A stretch of DNA of 64,000 bases from Malacoraja senta (lineage: Eukaryota), in the NCBI GenBank assembly GCA_038087875.1, contig CM075989.1:18478001-18542000 (forward strand), read 5' to 3'. Under the pieces are notes generated by a model. The model had not been told where the DNA came from. It made no database searches and was given only the letters and a program-made list of their open reading frames with translations. The position numbers and the translations under genes are program-made. Below are positions 12,106 through 25,697 of this stretch, in pieces (the first letter of the stretch is position 1; every line of letters starts with the position of its first letter).

Positions 12106-13303
12106 TGTCCAAGGTCCAGCCTTCTTTTGGTTGGAAAACTTTGCAAGGTTGTCCTTCAACCAATAGTGGGAATATGACAGGAAGGAGATGAGAGGTGAGA
12201 GATGATATGGTGAAAAGTCTGGGAATGTTGCGATCTCAACTCATGTCCGGCTTTCCCTGTTGGCAACTCAGAGGGACTTTCCAAAACTTTATCCATTTGA
12301 CCTCTTGACCAAAGGTCCTTCCTCTACTGCTTCCCACTGCCGAATGGCCTTCTCCTGCACCTAATTTCTAACTCTGCAAGGCAGTCACAACTAACAAGCA
12401 TTTCAATTGATTATCATTCCTTGCTAAGCGACACTCAAAACTTGTAAATGGCAGTGTTTACAAGGAATGTAATCACTTACGAAACGTGTTTAGTAATCAG
12501 TTGCGCCCTCCATACCGAGACTTTGCCAAAATAAGAATACAGCTGGGTGCTTATGTTTGGAACATCCTGGTTTAATTACATTTCAGCAAGGATGACAGAA
12601 CAAAGGAGAGAGGGGTGACTGGGTTCATTTAGCACAGTACAAAATCACCATTAGGCTGGTGTAGGAAGGAACTGCAGATGCTGGTTTACACCGAAGATAG
12701 ACACAAAATGCTGGATTAACTCAGCGGGACAGGCAGCATGCTGCCTGTCCCACTGAGTTAATCCAGCATTTTGTGTCTATTCTCCATCATTAGAATGGAA
12801 TGGACAGACCAAGTTTCAGGACAAGATCTTCCTTCAAACATCATTGAAGAAGGGTCCCAACTCGAAACATCATCCCTCTATTTTTGCTCCACAGATGCTG
12901 CCTGACCCGCTGAGTTCCTCCAGCCATTTGTGATTTCCTACTAAGAGTGATCAAGATGCCTTCATCACTCAGGAGCAGTTTGGTACCAGCTGTGTGATTG
13001 GTTTTGTTATCGTGCGGCATAACTGCACATCTAAAAAGATAAAAATTTACTTATAAGTTAATTTCTAACATGTGTTGATTTGATGCTTCTTAGTTATTAG
13101 TTTATTAAATTAGAAGTTAATTGGTCATAAAATCAAAACAGAAGAAAGGTAAGTAAAACATTGAGAGCAAAATATGTTGATAAATGTAGCTTAATTTTTA
13201 ATCATAGTGCATATCGGCACATTATGGTCCACAATAATGCACTGGGTACCAGGAATCAAAGCATTTACACACCTCATCTACCTCTATCAACATAAGCCAG
13301 CCC

Positions 13304-13617
13304 GAGCGGCACGGTGGTGTAGCGGTAGAGCTACTTCCTGACAGCGCCAGAGTCTCAGGTTCGATCCTGACTACGGGTGCTTGTCTGTACGGAGTTTGTA
13401 CGTTCTCCCCGTGACCTGCATGGATTTTCCCTGAGATCCTCAGTTGCCTCCCACACTACAAAGACATACAGGTTTGTTGGTTAATTGGCTTGGTTTGGCT
13501 TGGCATAAATGTATAAATGTATGAATGTAAAATTGTCCCTGTGGTAGTGTTTATCTGTGGGGATCGCTGGGCCGAAGGGCCTGTTTCTGCGCTGTATCTC
13601 TAAACCAAAGTGAACTA
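13304..13617 (+). mobile_element. HE1-type SINE, near full length
   Basis: GCGGCACGGTGGTGTAGCGG A-box region, GGTTCGATCC B-box, tail GGGCCTGTTTCTGCGCTGTATCTCTAAA. Confidence 0.85.
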
Positions 13618-14209
13618 ATGCTCGCTTTGTACACTCTGCGAAAAATTTCCCAGTGAACCTGAGCAGTTTCCCCAATAATGTTTACATTGGATGGAAAAAT
13701 ACCAAGTGCTGGAGGAACTCAGCGGATCAGGCAGCATCTGGGGAGGGAATGGACAGACGAGGTTTCTGGTCAGGACCTTTCTTCAGACTTAAGGAGCAGG
13801 GGTTGAGAAAGCCAAGAAAGAGAGGTGAGGGGTGGGACAAAGCCTGGCAAGTGATAGGTGGATACAGGGGAGAAGGGTGATTGGCAGATGGGTGGAGTAA
13901 GTGACAAAGGCTGGAGGCCAAAAGAAGACAAAAGGGTGTCAGATAAGGAGAGAAGAGGAGGCGTGAAATGTAAAGCCAGAGAGAGGAATATGGGGGAAAG
14001 GATAGAGAGGGGGCATAAAAGCGATATGGGATGCGGGGATGGGAGATCCGTGTACCTAGGAGGGGAAAGGGGCAGGGTGATGGGGTTTCAGTTTCAGTTT
14101 AGTTTATTGTCATGTGTACCGAGGTACAATGAAAAGCTTTTGTTGTGTGCTATCCAGTCAGCAGAAAGACCACACATGATTACAATTGATCCATTTACAG
14201 TGACTAGAT

Positions 14210-14575
14210 ACATAGAAACATAGCAAAGAGGTGCAGGAGTAGGCCATTCGGCCTTTCAAGCCAGCACCATCATTCAATATGATCATGGCTGATCGTCCAA
14301 AATCAGTACCCCATTCCTGCTTTCTCCCCATATCCCTTGATTCCGTTAGCCCTAAGAGCTATATCTAACTCTCTCTCGAATATATCCAGTGAATTGGCCT
14401 CCACTGCCTTCTGTGGCAGAGAATTCCACAGATTCACCACTCTCTGGGTGAAAAAAGTTTTTCCTCATCTCAGTCTTATTCTTGTTCTTAAAACTGTGAG
14501 CCCTGGTTCTGGACTCCCCCAACGTTGGGAACATTTTTCCTGCATCTAGCTTGTCCAATCCCTTAAGAGTTTTAT
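14210..14575 (-). mobile_element. CR1/HER1 LINE 3' fragment nested in a Rex-like 3' UTR
   Basis: LDKLDAGKMFP.LGESRTR.HS motif plus CR1 3' UTR. Confidence 0.85.
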
Positions 14576-15035
14576 ATTATGGGATAAGGGAATATCGTTT
14601 AGTGCAAGGTAAAGCCAGCAAAGTCCAACCAAGGATAGTCCGAGGGTCCCCGATGAGGCAGACAGTAGTTCAGCACTGCTCTCTGGTTGTGGTAGGATGA
14701 TTCCGTTGCCTGATAACACCTGGGGTGGGGGAAATATTTGCACCCCAGGGTGAGGAGTTTGGGCAGGAGAAAGAGGGGTGGGGGGGGGGGGGGAATACTT
14801 GAAATTGGAGAATTCAATGTTAGTCATTTTACTTTGAACAGTGTAGGATTCCTTTGTCTATTTCTCCATCTTATATTTGCAGTTTAATTTTATACTGGGG
14901 ACTCCGACTGTGAAGAGGTGACTTGACTCTGGTCCAGTTGTCATCAGCCTGGTACATACACCATCTGGTGGTCTGAGCCTGCAACTGTGGCCAGGCAGAA
15001 CGTTTCTGAGATACATCCTCAGGGTCAAGAGGGTT

Positions 15036-15600
15036 TGTGTAGGAAGGAACTGCAGATGCTGGTTTAAACCGATGATAGACGCAAAATGCTGGAGTAACTC
15101 AGCGGGACAGGCAGTATCTCTGGAGAGAAGGAATGGGTGAAGTTTCGGGTCGCGACCCTTCTTCAGACTGATGTCAGGGGAGAGGGAGAGACATAGATAA
15201 GGAAGTGTCAGGTGTGAAACCAGGACAAAGGGAATAAAGATCAATGAGAATGTTTCAAATCATCGTTAGTGGGAGAAGGTAACAACAAAGAAAACAAAGA
15301 TAAAATGTAGTCAGAGACAGTAAGACAGGTCGGAGAACTGGGAAGCGGTAGGGATGAGGAGCGAGGGAAAGCAAGGTTTACTTGAAGTTAGAGAAGTCAA
15401 TGTTCATACCGCTAGGGTGTAAGCTGCCCAAGCGAAATATAAGGTGCTGCTCCTCCAATTTGCGCTGGGACTCACTCTGACAATGGAGGAGGCCCAGGAC
15501 AGAAAGGTCAGTGTGGGAATGAGAGGGGGAGTTAAAGTGTTTAGCAACCGGGAGATCAGGTAGGTTAAGGCGGACTGAGCGGAGGTGTTCAGCACAACGC
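15036..15600 (-). mobile_element. Penelope-like element: EN C-terminus, 3' UTR and pLTR
   Basis: ORF 15378-15656 AEHLRSVRLNLPDLPVAKHFNSPSHSHTDLSVLGLLHCQSESQRKLEEQHLIFRLGSLHPSGMNIDFSNFK; hammerhead-like core at ~15139-15166. Confidence 0.9.
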
Positions 15601-16069
15601 TGAAGAGGGATCAAGTGCCATAGACACGGTGGGCCGCAGGGCTGGTCGGAAGGCATGGCGGGCCATGGCCTGTAGATGGAGCCGCCGAGCCCAGTCCCTG
15701 CTCGTCCCCTGTGGACCAGAGAGGAATATAGAGGAGGCCGGTGATGGCAGATGTAAGAGCAAGGGTCGAGAGAGGGAACGGTATCTTATCATCCGCGCTC
15801 TCAATTCGGCTGCAGAAGGAAGCCGGGGCACAATAGTTGAAGGAGAGGAGAGAGACGACGGTTCACTGGACGATCTGAACCAAGGAGACGGCTGAATGAT
15901 CTGGATGATCGCTGGACAGTGTGGACTAGGTGGGCCGAACGACCTGTTTCCATGCTGTATCTCCAAAGTCCAAAGTAAAGTCTAAAGTTCGCTTGGTGCG
16001 GCCATTCACGTAACTGCCATGATATTGTTCCAATTGTTTGATGCCAATGGTTCATATTTTTTCCTTTAG

Positions 16070-16366
16070 TTTTAGTTTTGTTTAGAGATACAGCACGGAA
16101 ACAGGACTCTTGGCCCACGCTGACCAGCGATCCCCGCGCACTAGCACTATCCTACACACCAGGGACATATTACAATTTTTACCGAAGCCAATTAGCCGAC
16201 AAACTTGTTTGTCTTTGAAGTGTGGGAGGAAACCGGAGCACCCAGAGAAAACCCACTCAGTCACGGGGAGAACGTCCAAACTCCATATAGGTGAGCACCC
16301 GTAGTCAGGATCGAACCCGGGTCTCTGGCGCTGTGGAAGGCAGCAACTCTACCGCTGCGCCACCAT
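16070..16366 (-). mobile_element. HE1-type SINE
   Basis: Reverse complement of the SINE consensus including the B-box (GGATCGAACC on +) and the (TTTAG)n tail. Confidence 0.85.
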
Positions 16367-17099
16367 TGCCTCCTCTCATAAGTGGAATATCTGCATTAAA
16401 ATTGCAAGACACGGTGTCTCCTGACTTGTATTGTCCTTGAGCATAACTTGTCTGACAAAAGCTGTCAGTTGTGCCATAATGTATTTTGCAAAAACACTTT
16501 TCATCTATGCTTATTCCATGCACCAGTAAACAGCCACGTTTAGCATTCAGGCAAGCGGGCATCGCTGGTGTGTTTGTGCCATCGTCCTGATTGTTTCAAT
16601 GGATGAAAAATCCGTGAAGATGACTGTTCGTGTCAATTCTTTCACAGTGGTATTTAGTGTCGAGAAACGACGGGAATACCTCAGCTTTGAAGATCGCCAA
16701 TATCGTTTCCCAAGTTACCGCAGAACGACAGGAGCTCCGCCCCTGAAAGCACACTTGCCTTTTTGTTGGCGAGATTGAATTGAAAGCATGTGTTTCAGTT
16801 TAATAAGCTAATGGTGCCTGACCTGTGTGAGAATTATGGGGACTGGAAGCTTCACTTTGCAACTAATTTATTTGCTACTTTCCGCCGTTTCCTCATCAGG
16901 TTGGTGTCAGTGTCACAAAGACATTACTCCTCCACCCACGATCATATTCATTGTCCCAAGTGATCCTTTGAATGCATCCACTCTGCTTTTCACGATCTTT
17001 CTTCAAAACCTTCTTCAGGGTGACAAGTCGGCACAGCAGAGGAGTTGCAGCACCAGAGATTTGTTCAAGAATGTTTTAAAAGGAATCATGAGGATTAGG

Positions 17100-17955
17100 A
17101 GCGGCATGGTGGCGCAGTGGTATATGTGCTGCTTTAACCGTGCCAGAGACCCGGGTGTGACCCTGACTACAGGTGCTGTCTGTATGGAGCTTGTACATTC
17201 ATTAGACAGATGAGAGGCGATCTTATAAAACCATATAAAACTCTTAAAGGATTGGACAGGCTAGATGCAGAATTTTTTTAACCTATGTTGGGGGAGTCCA
17301 GAACCAGGGATCACAGTTGTGTCTGAAGAAGGGTCTTGACCCGAAATGTCGCCAATTCCTTCTCTCCATAGATGACGCCTCACCCGTTGAGTTTCTCCAG
17401 CATTTTGTGTCTACCTTCAATTTTATCAGCATCCACAGTTCTTTCTTAAACATCACAGTTGAAGAATAAGGGGTAGGCCATTTAGGACTGAGATGAGTAA
17501 AAACTTTTCCACCCAGAGTTGTGAATGTGTGGAATTCTCTGCCATAGAAGGCAGTGGAGGCCAATTGACTGGATGTTTTTGAGTGAGAGTTAGATTTAGC
17601 TCTTAGGGCTAAAGGAATCAAGGGATATGGAATGGGGCACTGATTTTCGATGATCAGCCATGATCATATTCAATGGTGGTGCTGGCTCGAAGGGCTGAAT
17701 GGCCTACTCCTGCAACCTATTTTTCTATGTTTCTATGTTCTCCCCGTGACCACGTGGGTTTCCTCCAGGTGCTCCAGTTTCCTCCAACACTAGAAAGCCG
17801 TACAGGTTTGCAGGTTAATTGGCAAAATTTGGTAAAAATTGTAAATTGTCCCTCGTTTGTCGTGCGTGCTAGTATTCGGGGTGATCGCTGATCGGCACAG
17901 ACTCAGTGGGCCAAAGGGCCTGTTTCCTCACTGCACCTCTATACTAAACTAAATT
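17100..17955 (+). mobile_element. Three-level nest: HE1 SINE > CR1 3' fragment (~17208-17740) > Penelope pLTR (17320-17451)
   Basis: The SINE resumes at TTCTCCCCGTGACC (~17738). The pLTR is flanked by ATCACAGTTG (17310-17319, 17452-17461) and starts at GTCTGAAGAAGGGTCTTGACCCGAAATGTC. Confidence 0.8.
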
Positions 17956-18019
17956 AAAGACTGAATATGCTGTCCTAATTTATTAGGAATATGCTCCCTA
18001 ATTTATTTGACTCTATTTA

Positions 18020-18355
18020 TTCACGGGATGTGAAGAGCATTGGTAATGCCAGCATCTTATTCCATCCCTCAGTATTAATTCTAAATTGAGGAGCCAGTTT
18101 AGAGTCAGCCACAGTGATAGGTTTGAAGTCACATTTAGGTCAGATCGGATGAGGAGGACACGCCACTGAAGGACTTTGTGACCCAGATGGGCTTTTACAG
18201 CATCCAGTAGTTTTATGGTTATCATTACTCATATATACTTCCATTCCCAATTTATTTAATTGCCTGAATTTAATTCCCAGCTGCTGTGGTAGGAACTCAC
18301 ATCTCTGAGTAAGTGGCTCTGCATGGCAGTCCAGTAACGCACCCACTACCGCCAA
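18020..18355 (-). mobile_element. Older, diverged tRNA-headed SINE
   Basis: Reverse complement begins GGCGGTAGTGGGT..GTTACTGGACT. Its 3' end resembles the fragment at 50300-50375. Confidence 0.5.
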
Positions 18356-18873
18356 GATACCTGCCATTATAGAGCCGGATTTATCAAATTGAGTTTACAA
18401 AGCAGCTCAAAATCGCACCAGCACACAGGGAAAATTAGCACATGTTTTGCACCAATGTGAAATGTCTTCTTTTACAATGGTAATGTAAATGTCGACGAGA
18501 GATACAGGCCCTTCGGCCCACCGAGTACACACCGACCAGCGATCATCACGTACACTAACTAGCTCTGTCCTACACGCTAGGGACAATTTTATAGCTTACC
18601 GAAGCCAATTAACCTACAAACCTGCACGTCTATGGAGCTTGGATGGAAACCGGAGCACCCAGAGAAAAACCACGCGGTCACAGGGAGAACGTACAAACAC
18701 CGTACAGACAGCACCTGTAATCAGGATGGAACCTGTATATTATGTGTGAGTAGGCTAACCTACGATAGACAGTGAACATCATACAGCAGGGAAACAGGCC
18801 ATTCGGCCCAACTCGTCTTTGCTGACCAAAATGCCCAAAAGCTAGTCCTACCTGCTCACATTGGACCTGCCCA

Positions 18874-18972
18874 GTCTGAAGAAGGGTCTCGACCCGAAAC
18901 GTTGCCTATTTCCTTTGCTCCATAGATGCTGCCTCTCCCGCTGAGTTTCTCCAGCATTTTTGTCTACCGTGA
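18874..18972 (+). mobile_element. Penelope pLTR mini-insertion starting at the hammerhead, 9-bp TSD
   Basis: CTGAAGAAGGGTCTCGACCCGAAACGTT; ACCTGCCCA at 18865-18873 and 18973-18981. Confidence 0.8.
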
Positions 18973-19477
18973 ACCTGCCCAAGTGATTTATAAATGTTGT
19001 TATTGTACTTGCTTCCTCGGCTGCTCATTCCATATATCCAACATCCTCTGATTAGAACCTAAAAAGAAACAAGTTTAGTTTAGTTTAATTTATTATTATC
19101 ATGCGTGCCGATGTACAGAGAAAAGCTTTTGTTTGGATGTTATTGCGTTAAAGAAAAGACGAAAACATCAATACAATCAGGCTGCCCACGTTGCAGAGAT
19201 AAAGGATAAAGGATATTACATTTAGTGGAAATATAGCTTTGTTAGTGTGAGAAATTCTGCTGTTAAATAAAGATTTAAAGGAGTGGAACGATCGTGATGG
19301 ATGATAGCAAATCCTCTTCTGGGACCGGCACGCAAAGAGTTGCCACTCTCCGTCGCCAACTTGGTCCATGGCCGTGTAAAAGTTGGCCATGGTGCTCTGT
19401 TGTCAAGGTGGGACTGGGGTTGTGCAGGTTGGTTCAAGAATCTGATGGTTGTAGGAAAGTGGTTTTGTTTATTTTAT

Positions 19478-19760
19478 GTTAGAGATACAGCGTGGAAACA
19501 GGCCCTTCGGCCCACCGAGTCCGCGCCGACCAGCGATCCCCGCACATTAACACTATCCTACACACACTAGGGACAATTTTACACTCATACATTTATGCCA
19601 AGCCAATTTAACCTACAAACCCGTACGACTTTGGAGTGTGGGAAGAGCTCGGAGAAACCCCACACGGTCATGGGGAGAACGTCCAAAGTCTGCGGTCAGG
19701 ATTGAACCCAGGTCTACTGGCGCTGTAAGGCAGCCTCTCTACCACTGCGCCACCGTGCCA
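19478..19760 (-). mobile_element. HE1-type SINE
   Basis: AGAGATACAGCGTGGAAACAGGCCC ... CTGCGCCACCGTGCC. Confidence 0.85.
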
Positions 19761-20391
19761 CACTGTTAATGAACCTGGTGGTGTGCGACCTCAGGCTTCT
19801 GTACCTCCTGCCCAACGGTAACAGTGAGAAGAGGGCTCGGCCCGGATGGTGGTGATGCGCGATGATAGATCTATGCCACCTTCTTGTGCCACCATTGCCT
19901 CCGTCGGCTGAGCAGTGTGGAGAGAGGGCGTTTCCTCATCAGAGACGGCAGTACATTGTACAACATAATCAGGGAACTGGAAATGAACTTGCTTAAAACA
20001 CATGAGTGTTTTCACAAAATGCTTGTCAGGATACATCTTTCTTATGACATCTGGATAACTCATTTATATGGTTAATGGCCACTCTAGCAATGAATAGTGA
20101 AAAGCAATTGTCATTTGAGGGCAGGTTTCAAAGTCACGGTGCAATTTACATCAGGTCCAAATGATTATCTTGAATGAAGCGTGCACTCTGGTTAGAGTGT
20201 GTAAAATATTATTCCCTGTCAACAACCACAGGTGTGTCATGCACTGACTACTATGAAATGAGCATGAATTGTGACATTGGACCAACATTTTGTCCTGATC
20301 ATAATACTGACAATAGTTCATGGGATATTGTAGCCTTATCTACATTTCAGATTCAAACTTGTTATGTAATTTTAACAGTTCTTCTTCTCTT

Positions 20392-20927
20392 AGAAACATA
20401 GAAACATAGAAATTAGGTGCAGGAGTAGGCCATTCGGCCCTTCGAGCCTGCACCGCCATTCAATATGATCATGGCTGATCATCCAACTCAGTATCCCGTA
20501 CCTGCCTTCTCTCCATACCCTCTGATCCCTTTAGCCACAAGGGCCACATCTAACTCCCTCTTAAATATAGCCAATGAACTGGCCTCGACTACCCTCTGTG
20601 GCAGAGAGTTCCAGAGATTCACCACTCTCTGTGTGAAAAAAGTTCTTCTCATCTCGGTTTTAAAGGCTTTCCCCCTTATCCTTAAGCTGTGACCCCTTGT
20701 CCTGGACTTCCCCAACATCGGGAGCAATCTTCCTGCATCTAGCCTGTCCAACCCCTTAAGAATTTTGTAACTTTCTATAAGATCCCCTCTCAATCCCCTA
20801 AATTCTAGAGAGTATAAACCAAGTCTATCCAGTCTTTCTTCATAAGACAGTCCTGACATCCCAGGAATCAGTCTGGTGAACCTTCTCTGCACTCCCTCTA
20901 TGGCAATAATGTCCTTCCTCAGATTTG
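20392..20927 (-). mobile_element. CR1/HER1 LINE 3' fragment (low divergence)
   Basis: ORF QRRFTRLIPGMSGLSYEERLDRLGLYSLEFR..FFTQRVVNLWNSLP; (TTTCTATG)n tail. Confidence 0.95.
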
Positions 20928-20929
20928 GC

Positions 20930-21225
20930 CTTTTCTTAAGCCCTTTGCTCCTCTAAGGAGCAGAGGCCATTGACAAATGTCCTCCACCTCACACGGTTGT
21001 TGGCAGTTCTTTCGAGATCTCCCCAGTTGAGCCCACTCTCAGACATTTCTGTCTGGACATCTCTTCTTCAGTTTTTCGTGGGGCGACCCCTTTTCCTTTT
21101 TCCTTGGGGGTTCCATTTCAGGGCTTGCCGGGTGATGTTTGTGGCAGGTTTCCTGAGGGATTGTGTCCAAACCAACTCCATTTTCTCCTTCGAATTTGTA
21201 AGTCAATGGGCTCCTGGTCCACATT
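20930..21225 (-). mobile_element. RTE-clade LINE 3' fragment
   Basis: Reverse complement gives LRKPATNITRQALKWNPQGKRK.GRP-like text, the RTE/RTEX C-terminal motif, followed by a 3' hairpin (TGCTCCT..AGGAGCA). Confidence 0.65.
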
Positions 21226-21418
21226 GCTTACTTTGTCTCTCCACCAGATGTTAAGTACTCTCAGAGTGAGTATTTTAACAGTGAGAAACAGTAAGAAAAT
21301 GTGTTGAGTGTGATGAAGTGCCGCAACAGGAATGATAATATTTAAATGTCCCTTTTGTTATAATTATTTGTTTTTGCAATTTTATGGTCGTTGGCTCGTC
21401 AAGAGTTATTACTTTAAG

Positions 21419-22275
21419 AAGATAGACACAAAATGCTGGAGTAACTCAGCGGGACAGGCAGCATCTCTGGAGAGAAGGAAAGGGTGACGTTTCGGGTCGA
21501 GACCCTTCTTTCAGACTGGTTAGGGATAAGAGAAACGAGAGATATGGACGGTGATGTAGAGAGATAAAGAACAATGAATGAAAGATATGCAAAAAAGTAG
21601 CGATGATACAGGAAACGCCATTGTAATATGTTTGTAGGTGAAAATGAGAAGCTAGTGCGACTTGGGTGGGGGAGGGATAGAGAGAGAGAGGGAATGCGGG
21701 GCTACCTGAAGTGAGAGAAATCAATATTCATACACTGGGCTGTAAGCTGCCCAAGTGAAATATGAAATACTGTTCCTCCAATTTGCTTTTAGCATCACTC
21801 TGACAATGGAGGAGACCGAGGACAGTAAGGTCTTTGTAGGAATGGGAAGGAGAATTAAAGTGTCCAGCAACCGGGAGATCAGGTTGGTTCACGCGGGCTG
21901 AGCGAAGGTGTTCCGCGAAAAGATCGCCCAGTCTGCGTTTGGTCTCGCCGATGTATACGAGTCCACATCTTGAACAACAGATACGGTCGATGAGGATGGA
22001 AGGAATGGGCCTTGTTTCGGGTCGAGACCTTTCTTCAGACTGAGTCAGGGGAGAGGGAGACATAGAGATATGGAAGAGTAAGGTGTGAAAACACAGATCA
22101 AAGGGGATGATGGTCAAGGAAATGTAGAATGGGACCTTGATGGTTGAGGGGAAGGTGACAACGAGGCATCCGGACAGTAATATTTAATCGGGAGGACAAA
22201 GAAACTGGTTGGAGAACTAGAATAGTGGAAGGTCGGAGAGAGAGGGAAAGCAAGGGTTATTTGAAGATCGAGAGC
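21419..22275 (-). mobile_element. Penelope-like element in partial-tandem arrangement (3' UTR/pLTR - GIY-YIG EN - 3' UTR/pLTR)
   Basis: ICCSRCGLVYIGETKRRLGDLFAEHLRS..AGHFNSPSHS..LGSLQPS; hammerhead-like cores at ~21486-21514 and ~22014-22038. Confidence 0.9.
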
Positions 22276-23859
22276 TACCTCACAAACTCCATTCCCTGAG
22301 TGACTGACTGCAACTCTCTCCATGACAACAGTCTGATCTCAGAGTCTAAGTTTGACTCTCAGATGGGCAGCTGACCACCTATATGTGTCATCACAAAGAT
22401 CATTTATTTACTCCCTGTTAATGACCAGACATCTTCATGCCTCCGCTCCTTTGCGGTTGAAAGTCACATCTACACCTCTGTTGCCTCTGCTTTTCACTGC
22501 AAGGCTGTCCTCAGGACATGACAGCTCTCTGTCCCTGAGAACATGCCCGCCACCCAAACAGTTTGCGAATCAGTTTGCAGATTCTGTAGATGCTGCCTGA
22601 ACCGCTGAATTCCTCCAACACTTTGTATTATCGCTCAAGATTCCAGCATCTGCAGTTTCTTGTGTCTCCAATGTTTTTTTGTCACTGTCAGAAACAGAAA
22701 AGAGAAAAAATTAACATTCATGGAGAATTATTTAATATTCAAATTTTAAAAGTTAAAATTAAGAGCAAAATAAAACACTCATAAAAGTCATTAAACTAAA
22801 GCCATTTCTTTGCCTGATACTGCTGAGCGCGGTGGTTCCAACAGATTCCCCAACAAATGATTGCAGTTGTCAAAACCACACAAACATCAGTCCATAAATT
22901 CGGGACATTGGCATTCTTTTCCAACTCATAACGTTGCAAACAGCTGCTTGGGGGGACAAAAAAATGACTTGTCGATGGGAGGCTGCCAGGGTTTCCCTCA
23001 AAATCTCGTCAGCTATCTCCTTAACGCCAGGAATAGCTCCCTGGACATGTTATTAATCAGCCTGGTGTTCCCCATTGCTCAGACCACCATAAAAATGAAG
23101 TATAGCATGAACTAATGTGTGCATTGCTTCTCCATCCAGTTCCTCCGGCTGGTCACACAGTGCCATTAACTGTCTCTGCTGAAGTAAACACATTTCCATT
23201 GAACATTTCAATCAACATTTTCTCAACACTTAAACTGCCCCCCCCTTCCTCCCCGCCCCCCCCCCCCCCCTTCCTCCCTCCCCAGTTCCAGAAACTACCT
23301 TTCTTGGTATTTATATTGAATAAGCGACTCTGCGTACATCATAGTTTACTTTAAGTTTCTTGGAACAATACAAGCAAAATGTGTTGTAGTCATACAGCAC
23401 GGAAACAGGCCATTCCACCCAATATTTCTGTGTCTACACAGTACAATATGGGCATTTGGCCCATATTCGTCTAAATATTTCCCATCCGTGTAGCTGTTCA
23501 AATGCCTATTAAATATTGTTATAATGCATTTGTTATACTTGTTATAGTATAGTGTTGATTGCTGTTCTTAATATTTATTGAGAAGTTGAAGCTACCATTG
23601 GTTGCTGTTGGATAGATCTATAGATAGGAGTGGTTTGGAGGGCTGTGGGACAAATGAAGGCAAATGGGACTAGCCCAGTACGCCAACATGGGGGCAAGGT
23701 GGGCTGAAGGGCCTGCTTCCGTACTGTACAGCTCTATGATTCCCCCATGACATTGTCTTTCCATGACTCTTCCAGAGGGTTGTCCCTCAGTGAGGGGCAG
23801 AATCTTGGGCCTACACATCGCTACGTGACTCGCCGGTGTTCCGTCTTCATTTTAATTTT

Positions 23860-24155
23860 AGTTTTAGTTTAGTTTAGAGATACAGTGTGGAAACAGGCCC
23901 TTTGGCCCACCGAGCCTGCGATGACCAGTGATCCCCGCACACCTATACTATCCTACACACACTAGGGACAATTTACAATATACACCAAGCTAATTAGCCT
24001 ACCAACCTGTACATCTCTGGAGTGTGGGAGGAAACCGAAGATCCCGGGGAAAACCCACCCAAACTCCGTACAGACAAGCACCCGTGGTCAGGATCGAACC
24101 CGGGTCTATGGGGATGCAAGGCGGCATCTCTACCGCCATGCCACCGTGCCGCCCA
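23860..24155 (-). mobile_element. HE1-type SINE
   Basis: Consensus head, B-box and tail in reverse. Confidence 0.85.
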
Positions 24156-25384
24156 GGGACTATTGGACGTACAGATATGAGAGCGGTTGGATTTTTGTTG
24201 CTTCTTTTCGTCTGAAAGCGAACACTGCACAAAACATAAAGCTCTTGACTTCACAGAGAGACGAGAATGTTGATGAAGGTCAGGGTTCGAGATACAGTAA
24301 AACATAATACACTCCCGCAAGCTTTCAACCGCCCGGGCACAGATGTGGTCAATTCTTTGGATTGTTGGATGGAAGACGTTTATTCATGCATGCACCACTT
24401 TAGGTCAAAGGTCATCGGCAAGGGAAGGCTCGGAGAGCAAAGGGCCCACAGCTCTAATAGAAGGATTTGTATTAGAATTTGTAAGATCTCTCGAGAGACC
24501 ACGAAATGCCTTGTCATTGACTAATGTAAAACAGGTAACTAAGGGGATATGTTGTCTCTCCAATGTCAAATATATAAAAGTAAGTCACTGCATATTGTAT
24601 GGAAGGCATGATTTTACCTTCATCCATCTTTTGGAAGAATAAGGCCAAGATATTTAAAATTAAGCGAATTAGATTTTTTAATAAGTGTCTTTATAAAAGT
24701 AATCACTCTACCAAATGGCGTCCATTTAGTTTGCCTCCCCGGAAACATGAATAACGTTAAAATCTATCCAGATGTTGCTGTTTTTCATTTGAACAAAGCT
24801 TATATTTTGTGTTTTCACCATCAATATAAATAAAAGATGTGTAGCTGGTGGGAACATTCAGAGAACAATATAAAATGTAAAGACCCACTCAGGTTTATTC
24901 CCATCTGTGCTCAAGTATCTGGCTGTACCTATTGATTCCACTCACAGAAGGTCAACCAGCATATATCCCACTCCTTTCAACGATACTTCAGGAAAAGTTG
25001 AAAGGTTTGTTCTTTACCTTGTTGTATTGCTCGATACAAAAGAACAACAAAGTTCTGCTTTCGTCCAATCAGCTCCCAGCACAAGTTCCCCCCCCCCCGG
25101 TAATTGCTACGGTCTAAAACGCAGACCATCCAAACAATATCTGAGCATTCTCTGAACTAACGTACCTCCACATTTTTCTGTGAGCTGCTGATTTGTAGCT
25201 GCCTTCCCGAGGGCTTCCGAGTTAAGCACGGGTCTCTGACAGGAAAGATTAACTGTAAAGATGCAAGAAACTGCAGATGCTGGAACCTCGAGCAAACACA
25301 CCAAATGCTGGAGGAACTCAGCAGATCAGGCGGCATCTGGGGAGAGATGGGACCGACAACGTTTTGGGTTGGGAACCTTCTTCT

Positions 25385-25697
25385 TAAGTCAAGTCAAGTC
25401 AAGTCAAGTCAAGTCAAGAGAGTTTATTGTCATGTGTCCCAGATAGGACAATGAAATTCTTGCTTTGCATCAGCACAACGGAATATAGTAGGCACGAATA
25501 CAGAACATATATCAGTGAGTCCATATACCATTTTATAAATATATACATACAACAATAAATAAGCAGATAAAGTGCAAATAAACAGATAATGGTCTATTAA
25601 TGTTCAGAGATTTGTTTCAGTTGAGTTTAATAGCCTGATGGCTGTGGGGAAGTAGCTATTTCTGAACCTGGACGTTGCAGTCTTCAGGCTCCTGTCT
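25385..25697 (-). mobile_element. Rex-like LINE 3' end with (TTGAC)n tail
   Basis: (AAGTC)n at 25386-25417 followed by AGAGTTTATTGTCAT; homologous to 1228-1330. Confidence 0.6.
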
